Source: an uncultured virus (IMG/VR IMGVR_UViG_3300046517_000746) (taxonomy: Duplodnaviria > Heunggongvirae > Uroviricota > Caudoviricetes). Taken from it: a DNA stretch of 28,224 bases. The notes under the pieces were generated by a model. The model did not search any database and was not told where the DNA came from. It saw only the letters and a list, made by a program, of their open reading frames with translations. The position numbers were made by a program, and so were the translations under genes. This document shows, in pieces, positions 1-9,027 of the stretch. Every line of letters begins with the position of its first letter. Within the stretch, counting starts at the first letter, position 1. Location: the IMG/VR virus record IMGVR_UViG_3300046517_000746; one strand, given 5' to 3'.

Positions 1-276
1 ACCACGGTCGCCGAGATGCCGGCGCATGGGCATACGGCAACGTCTGCCGTCGTCGACCCCGGCCATGATCATACCGTCAAATATAATGGCGGCGCACACA
101 CGGCAGGCGGCATCGGTGACGTTACCTCGATCAATGCGGCCGGTGGCAGCTCTGGTCAGTCGCTGACAAATACAACCAACATTTCTGTAAATACTACCGT
201 CAATATCGCCGGGTCCGGTAATCAACACAACAACGTACCGCTATCGGTTCCGGGGACCTTCTTCAGAAAATTGTGA
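1..276 (+). CDS. Tail fibre / tail-collar-associated protein, C-terminal fragment (5' truncated)
   Basis: Frame is open from base 1 (TTVAEMPAHGH...). The HxH motifs (HGH, HDH) and terminal GSGNQHNNVP...FFRKL are typical of collar-type fibre C-termini. Confidence 0.65.
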   Translation, partial: TTVAEMPAHGHTATSAVVDPGHDHTVKYNGGAHTAGGIGDVTSINAAGGSSGQSLTNTTNISVNTTVNIAGSGNQHNNVPLSVPGTFFRKL

Positions 277-300
277 GTTAACTCTAGCAAGGAGAATACA

Positions 301-741
301 ATGTCTATTGCCGACGTTACGGAAACCAACATCCTCAAGTTGATCTTCAATGCCACGACATGGGCCAACGTGGCCATCAATGATACGACCACACCGATCA
401 CCCAGATCGCGGTGGCACTGCATACCGCAGACCCTGGTGAGGCCGGTACGCAAACGACTAGCGAAAGTGCATACTCCGGCTACACGCGCATCAACGTCAA
501 CCGCAATACTGGTGGATGGACGGTCGCCGGTACGACACCGACGGCGGCTTCCCCGGTTGCCAATATCGATTTTCCATCGAGCGGTGCGGCCGGCACGACC
601 ATTACGTTCTTTTCGGCGGGTAAGACAGGCGGCGGCGCATCCGATATCTACTGGTCGGGAGTGGTATCGCCCTCCATCGCGATCGGTGCCTCCGGCGTCA
701 TCCCGCGCCTGACTACCGCTTCGACGATCACGCTCGACTGA
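301..741 (+). CDS. Virion structural protein (tail/fibre-associated), 146 aa
   Basis: Strong RBS AAGGAG. VALHTADPGEAG...E..YSGYTRI..NR and ...IPRL...ITLD resemble a common small phage tail-associated family. Confidence 0.75.
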   Translation: MSIADVTETNILKLIFNATTWANVAINDTTTPITQIAVALHTADPGEAGTQTTSESAYSGYTRINVNRNTGGWTVAGTTPTAASPVANIDFPSSGAAGTTITFFSAGKTGGGASDIYWSGVVSPSIAIGASGVIPRLTTASTITLD

Positions 742-1238
742 TGGAGCATGCCGCCGAGATGCGGCGTTGCCTGATCGAGTGCGATGTGGCTGCCGCACGT
801 AAGTTGTGGCACCAGATCGCGCCCAAGGCGCCGGCCCCAAAGACCGACCATGATGCGCTCTGTACCATTCACTATGCCCGCACGATCTCGATCGTCGTCA
901 ACCTGCGGCTGCGCGCCTATTCGCATCACTGGCTGACCGACCGGGGACTTCCATCTGGCTTGCCCGATGAATTGAAACGCAAGGCCGACCGGCTCTATCC
1001 GCATATTTCCGATGCGGTCGGGGTAGCGTGCAAGTCGCACTTCCCCGAGGTGGCCAATGCCGTGCAGGCGGCAATGAGCGAAGCGGTCATGGATTGCTAT
1101 GCCGAAAACCGGCGCGAGCCCAGCTACGTCAAGCCGATCATGATGGAACGCAGGGCGCGCGTGAAGAAGGCACTGCACGGAATTCTGAGCGGGAAGGCCA
1201 CGCAGGATCTGTTACGTCGTATCAAGGAACAGCCATGA
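741..1238 (+). CDS. Hypothetical phage protein, 165 aa
   Basis: TGATG overlap with the upstream gene and ATGA overlap with the downstream gene; globular composition. Confidence 0.75.
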   Translation: MEHAAEMRRCLIECDVAAARKLWHQIAPKAPAPKTDHDALCTIHYARTISIVVNLRLRAYSHHWLTDRGLPSGLPDELKRKADRLYPHISDAVGVACKSHFPEVANAVQAAMSEAVMDCYAENRREPSYVKPIMMERRARVKKALHGILSGKATQDLLRRIKEQP

Positions 1239-3043
1239 CATTTGTTTTCAAGGACCGCGTCAGAGACATCGCTACGACAACCGGCACTGGCGTATTTACG
1301 GTGAGCGGCACCGCGCCGGTCCTGTACCGAACCTTCTCATCGGTGTGCTCGGTCAGCGATACGCTGCCGTATTTCATTGCACACCGGACTGCCGATGAAT
1401 GGGAAGTGGGGCAGGCGACATATTCGGCAGCCAATCAATTGACACGCACGACGGTTTTGTCATCGAGCAATGCCGGCGCGGCGGTTAGTTTTTCCGCTGG
1501 TACCAAGGATGTCGTGCTGTCGTTGATTGCCGACCCAACCACGATGCAGCAATGGGGAATAGGAGGAGGATCGCCGGGCGGCTCGACTACGCAGATCCAA
1601 TACAACAATGCCGGTACCTTTGCTGGAACGACCGGCTTCACTTGGGACGCGACCAACCAAGCCGTGGTGCATACGAGCATAGCTAATCCGGCCGTCTCTA
1701 CCATGACGCTGACCGGCGGCACGGCGCTAACCACCTCGCAGCCCGTGCTGAACATGACGCAGACATGGAATAATGCGGGTGTTTCTTTTGTTGGATTAAA
1801 GATTGCAATAACTCATACCGCCGCGACTAATGCTTCGCAGATTGCTTCATTCCAGATTGGATCAGCTAATTCGATAGGTATTGCAAAAGAAAAAGCCCTT
1901 GGGATTGGCGCAGTATTGGCCCCTGTTTTTGGCGTTAGTGGAGCGCTTAGTCAAGGATCAACAGACTTACGAATAGGGATAGGTGGCAATCTATTTTTTT
2001 CGGGCGTCGACCCATTAAACACTGCAAGCTATCCCTGTGAAGCAGTCATCGCATCGAATAGCAACCTTAGAGTTAAAAGCTCGATGGCTCTTGGCTGGAG
2101 TTCTTCGTCCTCGGATGCCGCCACTGCGGCAGATACGTTTCTAACCAGATCCGCCGCCGCCACTCTCCAGCACGGCGCGGCAGACGCGGCGGCACCCATA
2201 GCACAGACCATATCCGTGCAATCAGTTAGCGCAGGCACATCCAACACCGCCGGTGCGGACTGGACCTTCAACGGGAGTAAGGGCACGGGGACGGGGGCGG
2301 GCGGCAAGATTATTTGGGCGGTTGCTCCGGCTGGCACTACAGGAACATCGCAAAATGCGGCCGTTGACCGTATGCGGCTTATGCCAACCGGCGAATTACA
2401 GATTGGGGCGTCAACGACGACCTTTATTCCGATAACCGGAGCCCTTCTCGATATTGCTGTTCCAAATGGCAATCAAGTTGGAATCCAAATCGCACAGAAC
2501 GGTATTGTTGGTTTATTCATTGGAATGAGCCCTGGTAGCCCTGAATTACAGTTGGGTAGCCCGGGTCTAAGGGTTCCCGGAGGAAACGGAAACGGGCAAA
2601 TTAAGTTCGGTTCTAGTGGTAACAATGCGTACATAACCGGATTCAATATTGCAGGGCAGATTCAGTTAGGTCAGGACGATGCCGCCGCTCCCGTCGCCCA
2701 AACCACTCAAGTCCAATCCGTAGTCGCTGGCACATCCAACACGGCCGGTGCGGATTGGACGCTGCAGGGATCGCGCGGCACCGGCACCGGAGCTGGCGGT
2801 GCCATCGTGTTCAAGACCGCGCCCGTAGGAACCACAGGCACGTCACAGAACGCTGCCGCAGAAGTTGCGAGATTGCTTCCGGCAGGCAATGTGAAATTCA
2901 CCAACGCAGCCAACTTTTCCGCCAATGGCTCGGTGGCAACGACGCTCGGTTCGGTAGGCCCGACTGGCGCACAGACAACAGTACAAGAGTGGCTCACCTT
3001 CCAGGATGCTGCTGGCACCACTCGTTACGTTCCATGCTTCTAA
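1235..3043 (+). CDS. Tail fibre-like protein, 602 aa (start corrected from 1028)
   Basis: ATGA coupling at 1235 after AAGGA. The N-terminus MTFVFKDRVRDIATTTGTG...WEVG..T..A..LTRTTVLSSSN is a typical fibre anchor. Gly/Thr/Ala-rich with an internal 70-aa duplication. Confidence 0.8.
   Translation: MTFVFKDRVRDIATTTGTGVFTVSGTAPVLYRTFSSVCSVSDTLPYFIAHRTADEWEVGQATYSAANQLTRTTVLSSSNAGAAVSFSAGTKDVVLSLIADPTTMQQWGIGGGSPGGSTTQIQYNNAGTFAGTTGFTWDATNQAVVHTSIANPAVSTMTLTGGTALTTSQPVLNMTQTWNNAGVSFVGLKIAITHTAATNASQIASFQIGSANSIGIAKEKALGIGAVLAPVFGVSGALSQGSTDLRIGIGGNLFFSGVDPLNTASYPCEAVIASNSNLRVKSSMALGWSSSSSDAATAADTFLTRSAAATLQHGAADAAAPIAQTISVQSVSAGTSNTAGADWTFNGSKGTGTGAGGKIIWAVAPAGTTGTSQNAAVDRMRLMPTGELQIGASTTTFIPITGALLDIAVPNGNQVGIQIAQNGIVGLFIGMSPGSPELQLGSPGLRVPGGNGNGQIKFGSSGNNAYITGFNIAGQIQLGQDDAAAPVAQTTQVQSVVAGTSNTAGADWTLQGSRGTGTGAGGAIVFKTAPVGTTGTSQNAAAEVARLLPAGNVKFTNAANFSANGSVATTLGSVGPTGAQTTVQEWLTFQDAAGTTRYVPCF
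2183..2887 (+). repeat. Two 210-nt (70-aa) modules at 2183-2392 and 2678-2887 in the fibre gene
   Basis: DAAAPIAQTISVQSVSAGTSNTAGADWTFNGSKGTGTGAGG...GTTGTSQNAA versus DAAAPVAQTTQVQSVVAGTSNTAGADWTLQGSRGTGTGAGG...GTTGTSQNAA. Confidence 0.9.
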
Positions 3044-3054
3044 AGGAGGACTAA

Positions 3055-3318
3055 ATGGCGACAATCACAGCATCAGTTAATCAAGCCAACCAAACACCAC
3101 CAACAGTCAGCAAGACCTACACCCTCGCTGACGCCGACATGGACACCGCTGTCGCCGCCTATCAGCAAGGCGCTAATACCTCGATCAATGGCACGGCGAC
3201 CCACAACCAAGTGTTGGCTTATATGTTCGATACTTTAATCAAGTCCACTATCCAATCAGCCGTTCAAGGCCATCTAACCACTCCCGCTGTCGTCCCGCCG
3301 CCGATCACGATCACATGA
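3055..3318 (+). CDS. Hypothetical protein, 87 aa (fibre-associated)
   Basis: Strong RBS AAGGAGG; lies directly after the fibre gene. Confidence 0.75.
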   Translation: MATITASVNQANQTPPTVSKTYTLADADMDTAVAAYQQGANTSINGTATHNQVLAYMFDTLIKSTIQSAVQGHLTTPAVVPPPITIT

Positions 3319-3325
3319 GGATGTC

Positions 3326-3619
3326 ATGAAAATAAGCCTTTCCACTCCAATCACAGATCTTAGAGGCACTCCGATCAGGAACGGCGAGATAGACCTTGTC
3401 CTTTCCGAGGTTTGCATCACGGCCCTGCTGGCGCCAGACCAGGCGGAAGAGCCGGCGGAAGACAAGGTAAAGCGCTATAAGTTGGCAGTGAAGTGCAGCA
3501 ACGGCAAAGACCCCGACTTCAGCGCCGAAGACATCGTCCTGCTCAAGAAACTTGTCGGCAAGATCTATGCCCCCCTCGTCGTCGGTAAGGCTTTCGAGAT
3601 CCTCGATCCAGAACACTAG
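3326..3619 (+). CDS. Putative fibre assembly chaperone-like protein, 97 aa
   Basis: RBS GAGG. The pattern TALLA...KVKRYKLA...EDIVLLKKLVGKIYAPLVVG resembles small helical proteins found downstream of fibre genes. Function is inferred from position. Confidence 0.6.
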   Translation: MKISLSTPITDLRGTPIRNGEIDLVLSEVCITALLAPDQAEEPAEDKVKRYKLAVKCSNGKDPDFSAEDIVLLKKLVGKIYAPLVVGKAFEILDPEH

Positions 3620-3630
3620 CGGAGACTTCC

Positions 3631-4170
3631 ATGAGCCGACAATATTTCGATGACTGCATCACCGAGCCGATCGGCAGTGCGTATACGACCATCATAGCGA
3701 CGACCGAGACGGTTCTTATCCCGACCGCCTTTACTCCGATCAATCCCATGGAGCCGAGGACGGGGAAGGTCTATGAACTCGTTGTCGGTGGCACGTGTAC
3801 GACCGGCGCGGCGGGAACGCTGACCATCACGCCTCGGTTTGGCACGGTTATTGGCGGCGTTGCTATTGGTACGTCGCCGGTACAGAACTACGTCCCTTCA
3901 ATAACAACAGCACCGTTTACCTTCCGTTATAATCTGATCATCCGCTCACTCGGCTTGCCGGGTGCGAACTCGAGCGTTGTCGGCTATGGAACATGGTTCT
4001 CAGGCGGGGCAGTCGCAACGGCGGCAAGCCAGACATCGGTCAGTGTCGGAACGGTCGGTGCCGCCGTCGCGGTAGACACATCGGTAGCCTCGGCGCTCTG
4101 GATCGGTGTTACCTTCTCGGTTGCACCGTCGGTCATCCCGAATTACCACGTCTGGCGGTCATTGAACTAA
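3631..4170 (+). CDS. Putative virion structural protein, 179 aa
   Basis: RBS GGAG; Thr/Val/Gly-rich, beta-type composition; lies within the fibre cluster. Confidence 0.7.
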   Translation: MSRQYFDDCITEPIGSAYTTIIATTETVLIPTAFTPINPMEPRTGKVYELVVGGTCTTGAAGTLTITPRFGTVIGGVAIGTSPVQNYVPSITTAPFTFRYNLIIRSLGLPGANSSVVGYGTWFSGGAVATAASQTSVSVGTVGAAVAVDTSVASALWIGVTFSVAPSVIPNYHVWRSLN

Positions 4171-6441
4171 ATGGCGAAAACGCTTGGCCCAACCGGTCAG
4201 GGCCTCGGGTTTTGGGCCCAGCAGCCTGTCGTTTTAGTACCTACTCCATCCTATAGCGTCGGCACTGCTGGCACCGACTACGTCCTGCTGTTGCACTGCG
4301 ACGGTGCCAACACCAGCACGACCTTCACGGATGCAACTGGACGCCACACCCTTGTGCCGCATGGCAGCGTGCAGATCGGTACTGCACAATCCGTGTTTGG
4401 CGGCGCGTCGGGGCTTTTTAACGGAACGACTGACTTTCTTACTACGGACGGCAGCGCCGACTTCATATTTGGCACCAGCGACTTCACCGTCGATTTTCGC
4501 TTTCGACTCAATGCGACCGGATCATTCCAGACCCTATGGGATAACGGGCGCGGCGATGTTTCTTCTGGATTTTCTTTCCCAAGTGTCTTCGTTCAAAACG
4601 ATAATATTCTTCGCTATGACATCGACACTGTCGATGCGATTACCGGCACAACCGTCCTTACTGCCGGGGTGTGGCATCACCTTAAAGTAACAAGGTCAGG
4701 AACCAATACCCGGCTCTTCCTTGACGGCATCCAGGAAGGGTCGACCTATGTTGCTCTCGACAATCTCAATGTCGATCCGGCAGGCCCTACTTTTGGCAGC
4801 CGTGTCGATGGCTTCCGCTTCCTCAATGGCTGGCTCGATGAAATCCGCATCCTCAAGGGTCGGGCAGACGCAACTTCCAACTTCACACCACCGACCGCCG
4901 CATATGACAGCGCGAACGGCGTTGCCATTGCCCTCAGTCAGATCGTCCTTCCTGCTAATAGTGCCGCCACGGGCACAGGTGGCGCGACAGGAGCCAGCCA
5001 GGCTTTTGTAACCGCTACCGGTGCAGCCACAGGCATAGGCGCGGCGGCGGCTACGGCTCAGGCTTTCGTGACCGCCTCCGCTGCGGCCGCGGGTACGGGC
5101 GCCGTGACCGGAGCCGGGTTGTCGATCGCATCGGTGGCTGGTCAGGCAACCGGGACAGGTGCGGCGAGCGGACAAAGCCCGGTTGCCTATACGGTCGATG
5201 ATAATGCCGGCGTGGCGGCATTCGGCGTCGCGTCGGCGCCTGTTGCCGGCTCCGAGGTGGTTATTGTTATTTCCGCCTCTGCGACGGCAGCAGCTAGTGG
5301 AACCGGGGCCGCCAGCGCCACCGGGCAAAGCGTTGCTCAAGCTACTGCGGCAGCCTCCGGGACCGGTTCCTCTTCCGTTGTCGGACAGACCGTAATCCCG
5401 GCTGTCCCAGCGACCGCGGCTGCCGCCGGCGTCGGTTCATCTTCTGTTGTCGGACAGACCCTAACCCTAGTCATAGGGACCGCGGCGGCCTCCGGCACCG
5501 GCACTGCTACGGCGAGCGGCCTTGGGGTCGCGAGCGTAAATGTATTGGCGACCGGACTAGGCTCGACCAATGGTGTCGGCAACCAGATCAGGACTTCTAC
5601 TGCGTCGGCAGCTGGCGCAGGGGCTACAGCCGTAATCGGCGGTTCGGTCAGTGCGGCAACGGCCAGCGCGTCGGGTACCGGCACTGCCATCGCCTTCAGC
5701 GGGACTGATGGTGCGGGCTCGGCAGTCGGAACCGGAACAGCCTCCGGCGTCGGCCGCACGATCCTGGGCTCGCTGGCCGCAGCAGCGGGAACGGGAACGG
5801 CCGCGGCGCAGGCCATCTCCTTTGCTGTTGTGCAAGGCTCTACGGCCGGGACGGGGGCAGCACTCAGTACTGGCCGTGCGGTCACGCCTCGCACTGTCAC
5901 GGCGGCAGGAACCGGCACTGCCAGCGCACAGAGTCAGGCGATCAATGGCTCGACGGCACAGGCTGCCGGTACCGGCAGCAGCAATATCGTCCCGCGGGTA
6001 ATCGAGGGGGCGACTGCAAGCGCTGCGGGCGTGGGTTCTTCGAATGTCGTCGGCAACGATGCCTCCGGTAATTCAAGCGCATTCGCATCTCCAGGGCTTG
6101 GAACGGCTAACGCGCAGAGCCGGGCGATCAAGGGCACCACGGCTGCAGCCACGGGCAACGGTGCGGCAACCGCCGTGGGCGGGGGAATTTTCTCCAGCAT
6201 CGCCTCTGCGTCCGGCCTCGGTGCATCGGCGGTGGTCGGACAATCCGGCACGGCCGCGGTCGTCAGTGCGATGGGTGCCGCAGCCGGACATGGCACTGCC
6301 AGCGCGGGCGGTGCCGTTGCGCCACAACAACTCCAGGTCACGCTATTCATGTCCGCCTACGGTGGGGATGTATTCCTTTCAGAGTATGATGGTCGGGTTA
6401 TAAAAATAACCGAGGACGATGGAGAGGTGTTCATTTCATGA
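4171..6441 (+). CDS. Fibre/adhesin-like protein: LamG/ConA-like domain plus Ala/Gly/Thr repeat stalk, 756 aa
   Basis: LLLHCDG...FTDATG, FGTSDFTVDF, WHHLKVTRSG...LFLDG and LNGWLDEIRI.KG are LamG-like motifs. They are followed by about 19-aa repeats (ATAAASGTGxxxxxG). Confidence 0.8.
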   Translation: MAKTLGPTGQGLGFWAQQPVVLVPTPSYSVGTAGTDYVLLLHCDGANTSTTFTDATGRHTLVPHGSVQIGTAQSVFGGASGLFNGTTDFLTTDGSADFIFGTSDFTVDFRFRLNATGSFQTLWDNGRGDVSSGFSFPSVFVQNDNILRYDIDTVDAITGTTVLTAGVWHHLKVTRSGTNTRLFLDGIQEGSTYVALDNLNVDPAGPTFGSRVDGFRFLNGWLDEIRILKGRADATSNFTPPTAAYDSANGVAIALSQIVLPANSAATGTGGATGASQAFVTATGAATGIGAAAATAQAFVTASAAAAGTGAVTGAGLSIASVAGQATGTGAASGQSPVAYTVDDNAGVAAFGVASAPVAGSEVVIVISASATAAASGTGAASATGQSVAQATAAASGTGSSSVVGQTVIPAVPATAAAAGVGSSSVVGQTLTLVIGTAAASGTGTATASGLGVASVNVLATGLGSTNGVGNQIRTSTASAAGAGATAVIGGSVSAATASASGTGTAIAFSGTDGAGSAVGTGTASGVGRTILGSLAAAAGTGTAAAQAISFAVVQGSTAGTGAALSTGRAVTPRTVTAAGTGTASAQSQAINGSTAQAAGTGSSNIVPRVIEGATASAAGVGSSNVVGNDASGNSSAFASPGLGTANAQSRAIKGTTAAATGNGAATAVGGGIFSSIASASGLGASAVVGQSGTAAVVSAMGAAAGHGTASAGGAVAPQQLQVTLFMSAYGGDVFLSEYDGRVIKITEDDGEVFIS

Positions 6442-6761
6442 AGACATTCACGCGCGATGCGACTGTCCAGCTGAAGTTCAGCTTCCGCAATGCCGACGGC
6501 GACATCGTCAATCCCGTTGCCGGCGCCTTTGTCGCAATCTCCTACGTCCCGCACGTCGACGGCAGCGCCCCCACCACGGTCGACTATCCGCTCGTGCAGT
6601 CCGGCAATGAATGGATCTACGAGTGGGACAGCAGCGTGTCCGCGCCGTGCATAGTCTATGTCCATGGCGAGACAAACGACGGTCTGCCCGTTTCGGCCAT
6701 CGATGCCGAGTTTCGTTTGTCGGCTAATAGGTCCAATAAACAGCTCGCCGGAGACTTCTAG
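6438..6761 (+). CDS. Small beta-sandwich virion protein, 107 aa
   Basis: ATGA overlap and RBS GGAGAGG. The pattern F.NADG..VNP...W.YEWD resembles Ig-like baseplate/fibre adaptors. Confidence 0.65.
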   Translation: MKTFTRDATVQLKFSFRNADGDIVNPVAGAFVAISYVPHVDGSAPTTVDYPLVQSGNEWIYEWDSSVSAPCIVYVHGETNDGLPVSAIDAEFRLSANRSNKQLAGDF

Positions 6762-6764
6762 GCG

Positions 6765-7355
6765 TTACTTTAAGCGACGACGGTAGTGATAGCGATTATA
6801 GCATTGGCGACAACGACCCTTTGCGTAAAGACGTCCATAAAAATCACAGTCATTACATTGAGTATTTGCTGGCTTTAAATAGCGTTTGTTTTTATTTTGC
6901 TCAGAGTGCGTTGCCCACCGGCAATTAGTTGGCTCATAATTTCCGTCATTATTGATCCGGTCGATAGTGAGCCCCTTCGGTCGCAATCCCATGTCGGAAA
7001 GGAAATTTTCGAATTTCTTCCAGCGTTCACAAACAGTAATACCTCTGGCTCCGTAGTATTTGAAAGCAGGATTATTTGTATTTGTGCAGCGATTGAGCAT
7101 CCCTATCCAAGTGCGATATTCAGAAGTTATATTTCCCTGGCCAGCACATCCATGAGTGCGATTTTGTAAGCCGTCCCGAGCACAGCCGCAGGAGATCGTA
7201 TTACCATTTCTAAGATGCCTACCAGAGATAACCTTCTCGGTGTTGCAATCGCAATGACAAAGCCAGAAAATATGATCGCGTTTTTCCCCAGCAGGTTTGA
7301 TAGCGACCAAGCGACCAAATCGCTGGCCAGTGATATTGACGGGTCTATTGGGCAT
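6765..7355 (-). CDS. Free-standing HNH homing endonuclease, 196 aa (start corrected from 7637)
   Basis: ITGQRFGRL, WLCHCDC, SCGC, W..M..RC, YYGARGITVCERW and TIDRINNDGNYEPTNCRWAT..Q..N, plus a C-terminal Cys finger. RBS GAGG precedes the ATG at 7355. Lower GC and antisense to the operon. Confidence 0.9.
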   Translation of the reverse strand: MPNRPVNITGQRFGRLVAIKPAGEKRDHIFWLCHCDCNTEKVISGRHLRNGNTISCGCARDGLQNRTHGCAGQGNITSEYRTWIGMLNRCTNTNNPAFKYYGARGITVCERWKKFENFLSDMGLRPKGLTIDRINNDGNYEPTNCRWATHSEQNKNKRYLKPANTQCNDCDFYGRLYAKGRCRQCYNRYHYRRRLK

Positions 7356-7356
7356 T

Positions 7357-7431
7357 GCAGCCTCTTTCCAAGGTTGCTTTGTCAAGTGGCGGCCGGGTGT
7401 CCCACATCTGGCCGCTGCGATATCATACCAT
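7357..7431 (-). promoter_or_regulatory. Putative HNH promoter (extended -10) with a structured leader
   Basis: On the minus strand: TGgTATGAT, then a GC-rich inverted repeat (7389-7415), then a GCAACCTT/GAGGCTGC stem (7357-7377) covering the RBS. Confidence 0.5.
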
Positions 7432-7640
7432 GCTTTTTTGCTCTTGCCCTCATCCTGTTGACTTCGTTGGATGGTAAGCCGATTTGGGTTGAGAGTTCGG
7501 CAGTGGTTATCATCAGGACACAAAGTCACGAATGCCAGGACGGGCACGGCTCGGTCATTCGTGTCGGTAGTAATGCGCTGTGCGTAAGGGAAAAGCCCGA
7601 TCAAATCAGGGAGCTGATTTACAATGCGGATCGTCATTAG
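7386..7640 (+). CDS. Small protein with a hydrophobic N-terminal stretch upstream of the endolysin (start uncertain)
   Basis: The 3' part of ORF 7215-7640 (FFALALILLTSLDGKPIWV...CVREKPDQIRELI) looks protein-like and overlaps the endolysin start. The only nearby in-frame start is a GTG at 7386. Confidence 0.45.
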   Translation: MAAGCPTSGRCDIIPCFFALALILLTSLDGKPIWVESSAVVIIRTQSHECQDGHGSVIRVGSNALCVREKPDQIRELIYNADRH

Positions 7641-8586
7641 TTCAGGGCACGGCCTGAAAATCCGCGGCGCTTCATATCAGGATCCCGATGGCTGGGGCCT
7701 CGATGAAGTAGATGAGGCAAGGCGCGTCGTCCCGGCGCTGGCCGAGGCCCTGCGCAAGCGGCGCGGCTTCGAGGTCGAAGAGGTCCACGATAATACAAGT
7801 ACAGAGCAGCAGCAGAATTTATCCTGGCTTTGCGCCGAGCATAATAAGCGCGAGCGTGATCTCGATATTTCCGTACACTTCAACGCGGCAGAGCCGACCG
7901 ATGGCATGCGCGGCACGGAATGCTTCTACCAAACGCAGACTGAGCTGGCCGGCCTCGTAAGTGAGGCCATTGCTGATGCCGCCGGTATCACCGATCGCGG
8001 TGCTAAATATGGAAATTTCTATTTTCTGTCGAACACCAATCGCCCAGCGATCTTGATCGAGGTCTGCTTTGTCGATGCTAAGGAAGACGTCTTGGCCTAT
8101 GAGGACAATTTTGAGCACATCATCTCGGCTCTGGCCACCGTGCAATTGCACGGCAACCAAGTAAAGTTTTCCGGTACCTGCAGTTGGTTCGGAGGACCCG
8201 AGGATTTTGGCGTGGCCTGGGATGAGGATCTGGCCTGGTGGGAAAATTGGGAGCAGATCGAAGCTGCCGGTGCAACGGAATTGTTCCTTCCCGAGCAACC
8301 GCCTTCCACGTCAGGGATGGCTCGGCGCTTGGATCCGCAAGAACCATTTGTGGCCTGCAGGTGGGACTACAGCGTCACACCCAAGAGCATGTTGGCAGAT
8401 CAGCGATTGCTGGCGAGCGTTTATGCACCCAAGACCGGAAAGCGTTTTCTGTGTCGGCCGGCCGATTGGGGCCCCCATGAGGAAAAGACTGGCAGAGCCG
8501 CAGATCTCTCCAAGGGCCTCATAGAACTGCTCGGCATCGAGACTGACGATCAGGTCGAAGTTACTTATCCTGCGGCTAAGCGATAA
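7624..8586 (+). CDS. Endolysin: N-acetylmuramoyl-L-alanine amidase (Amidase_3) plus a C-terminal RlpA/DPBB-like domain
   Basis: ISSGHG, E, ISVHFNA, G.ECFY and PAILIEVCFVD are zinc amidase motifs. The C-terminal domain has SWFGG...DWGP...GRAADLS...LG. RBS GGGAG. Confidence 0.9.
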   Translation: MRIVISSGHGLKIRGASYQDPDGWGLDEVDEARRVVPALAEALRKRRGFEVEEVHDNTSTEQQQNLSWLCAEHNKRERDLDISVHFNAAEPTDGMRGTECFYQTQTELAGLVSEAIADAAGITDRGAKYGNFYFLSNTNRPAILIEVCFVDAKEDVLAYEDNFEHIISALATVQLHGNQVKFSGTCSWFGGPEDFGVAWDEDLAWWENWEQIEAAGATELFLPEQPPSTSGMARRLDPQEPFVACRWDYSVTPKSMLADQRLLASVYAPKTGKRFLCRPADWGPHEEKTGRAADLSKGLIELLGIETDDQVEVTYPAAKR

Positions 8587-8587
8587 G

Positions 8588-9016
8588 TCATTTTAATAAA
8601 AATAACTGCACCAAGTCTTCATAGCGGCGCTCGCTGATTTCCTTTCTGTCTCTCGCCTTATTGATCTCGGCCTGGAATTTAACCTTGTCGTCTTCGCTGT
8701 TCTTATCATAGATCTTGACACGAACGATCATTCCGCGAGGACCATAGTCCGTGACGATGGGAGTATCTGTATCCAGCATGTATCGCCGCTGCGACGGGAT
8801 GTGTTTGCGAGTGTTATCACGGTGGGTTTGATTGGTACTGCCGTAGACGAACCGTGCAATGTCATCCATCGTCTGCCAAATTTTTTTGGATCGCAAAAGC
8901 TCAGAAACGCGCAACATATTCCAGCGCCCGCCGACCAAGCGCTCTTTGCCCCGTTTTGTTTTGTAGATCACTGGCGGTTCAATCTTGCGGATTTTGGTAA
9001 CGTTTGACTCTGGCAT
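8588..9016 (-). CDS. Hypothetical basic protein, 142 aa (possible DNA binding)
   Basis: RBS AGGAGAAGGG; last gene of the leftward operon. Confidence 0.7.
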   Translation of the reverse strand: MPESNVTKIRKIEPPVIYKTKRGKERLVGGRWNMLRVSELLRSKKIWQTMDDIARFVYGSTNQTHRDNTRKHIPSQRRYMLDTDTPIVTDYGPRGMIVRVKIYDKNSEDDKVKFQAEINKARDRKEISERRYEDLVQLFLLK

Positions 9017-9027
9017 GGTCCCTTCTC

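Noticed and set aside
1028..1234. ORF-track N-terminal extensions (also 7356-7637, 12679-12879, 14122-14292)
   Set aside because: They overlap better-supported genes, and downstream starts have an RBS and translational coupling.
2183..2887. Fibre repeats as a DGR template/variable pair
   Set aside because: Differences are mostly synonymous and not adenine-specific, both copies are coding, and there is no reverse transcriptase in the window.
1222..6403. Many long antisense or alternate-frame ORFs over the fibre genes
   Set aside because: These are shadow ORFs expected from GC-rich Ala/Gly/Thr codons; they have no motifs or RBS.
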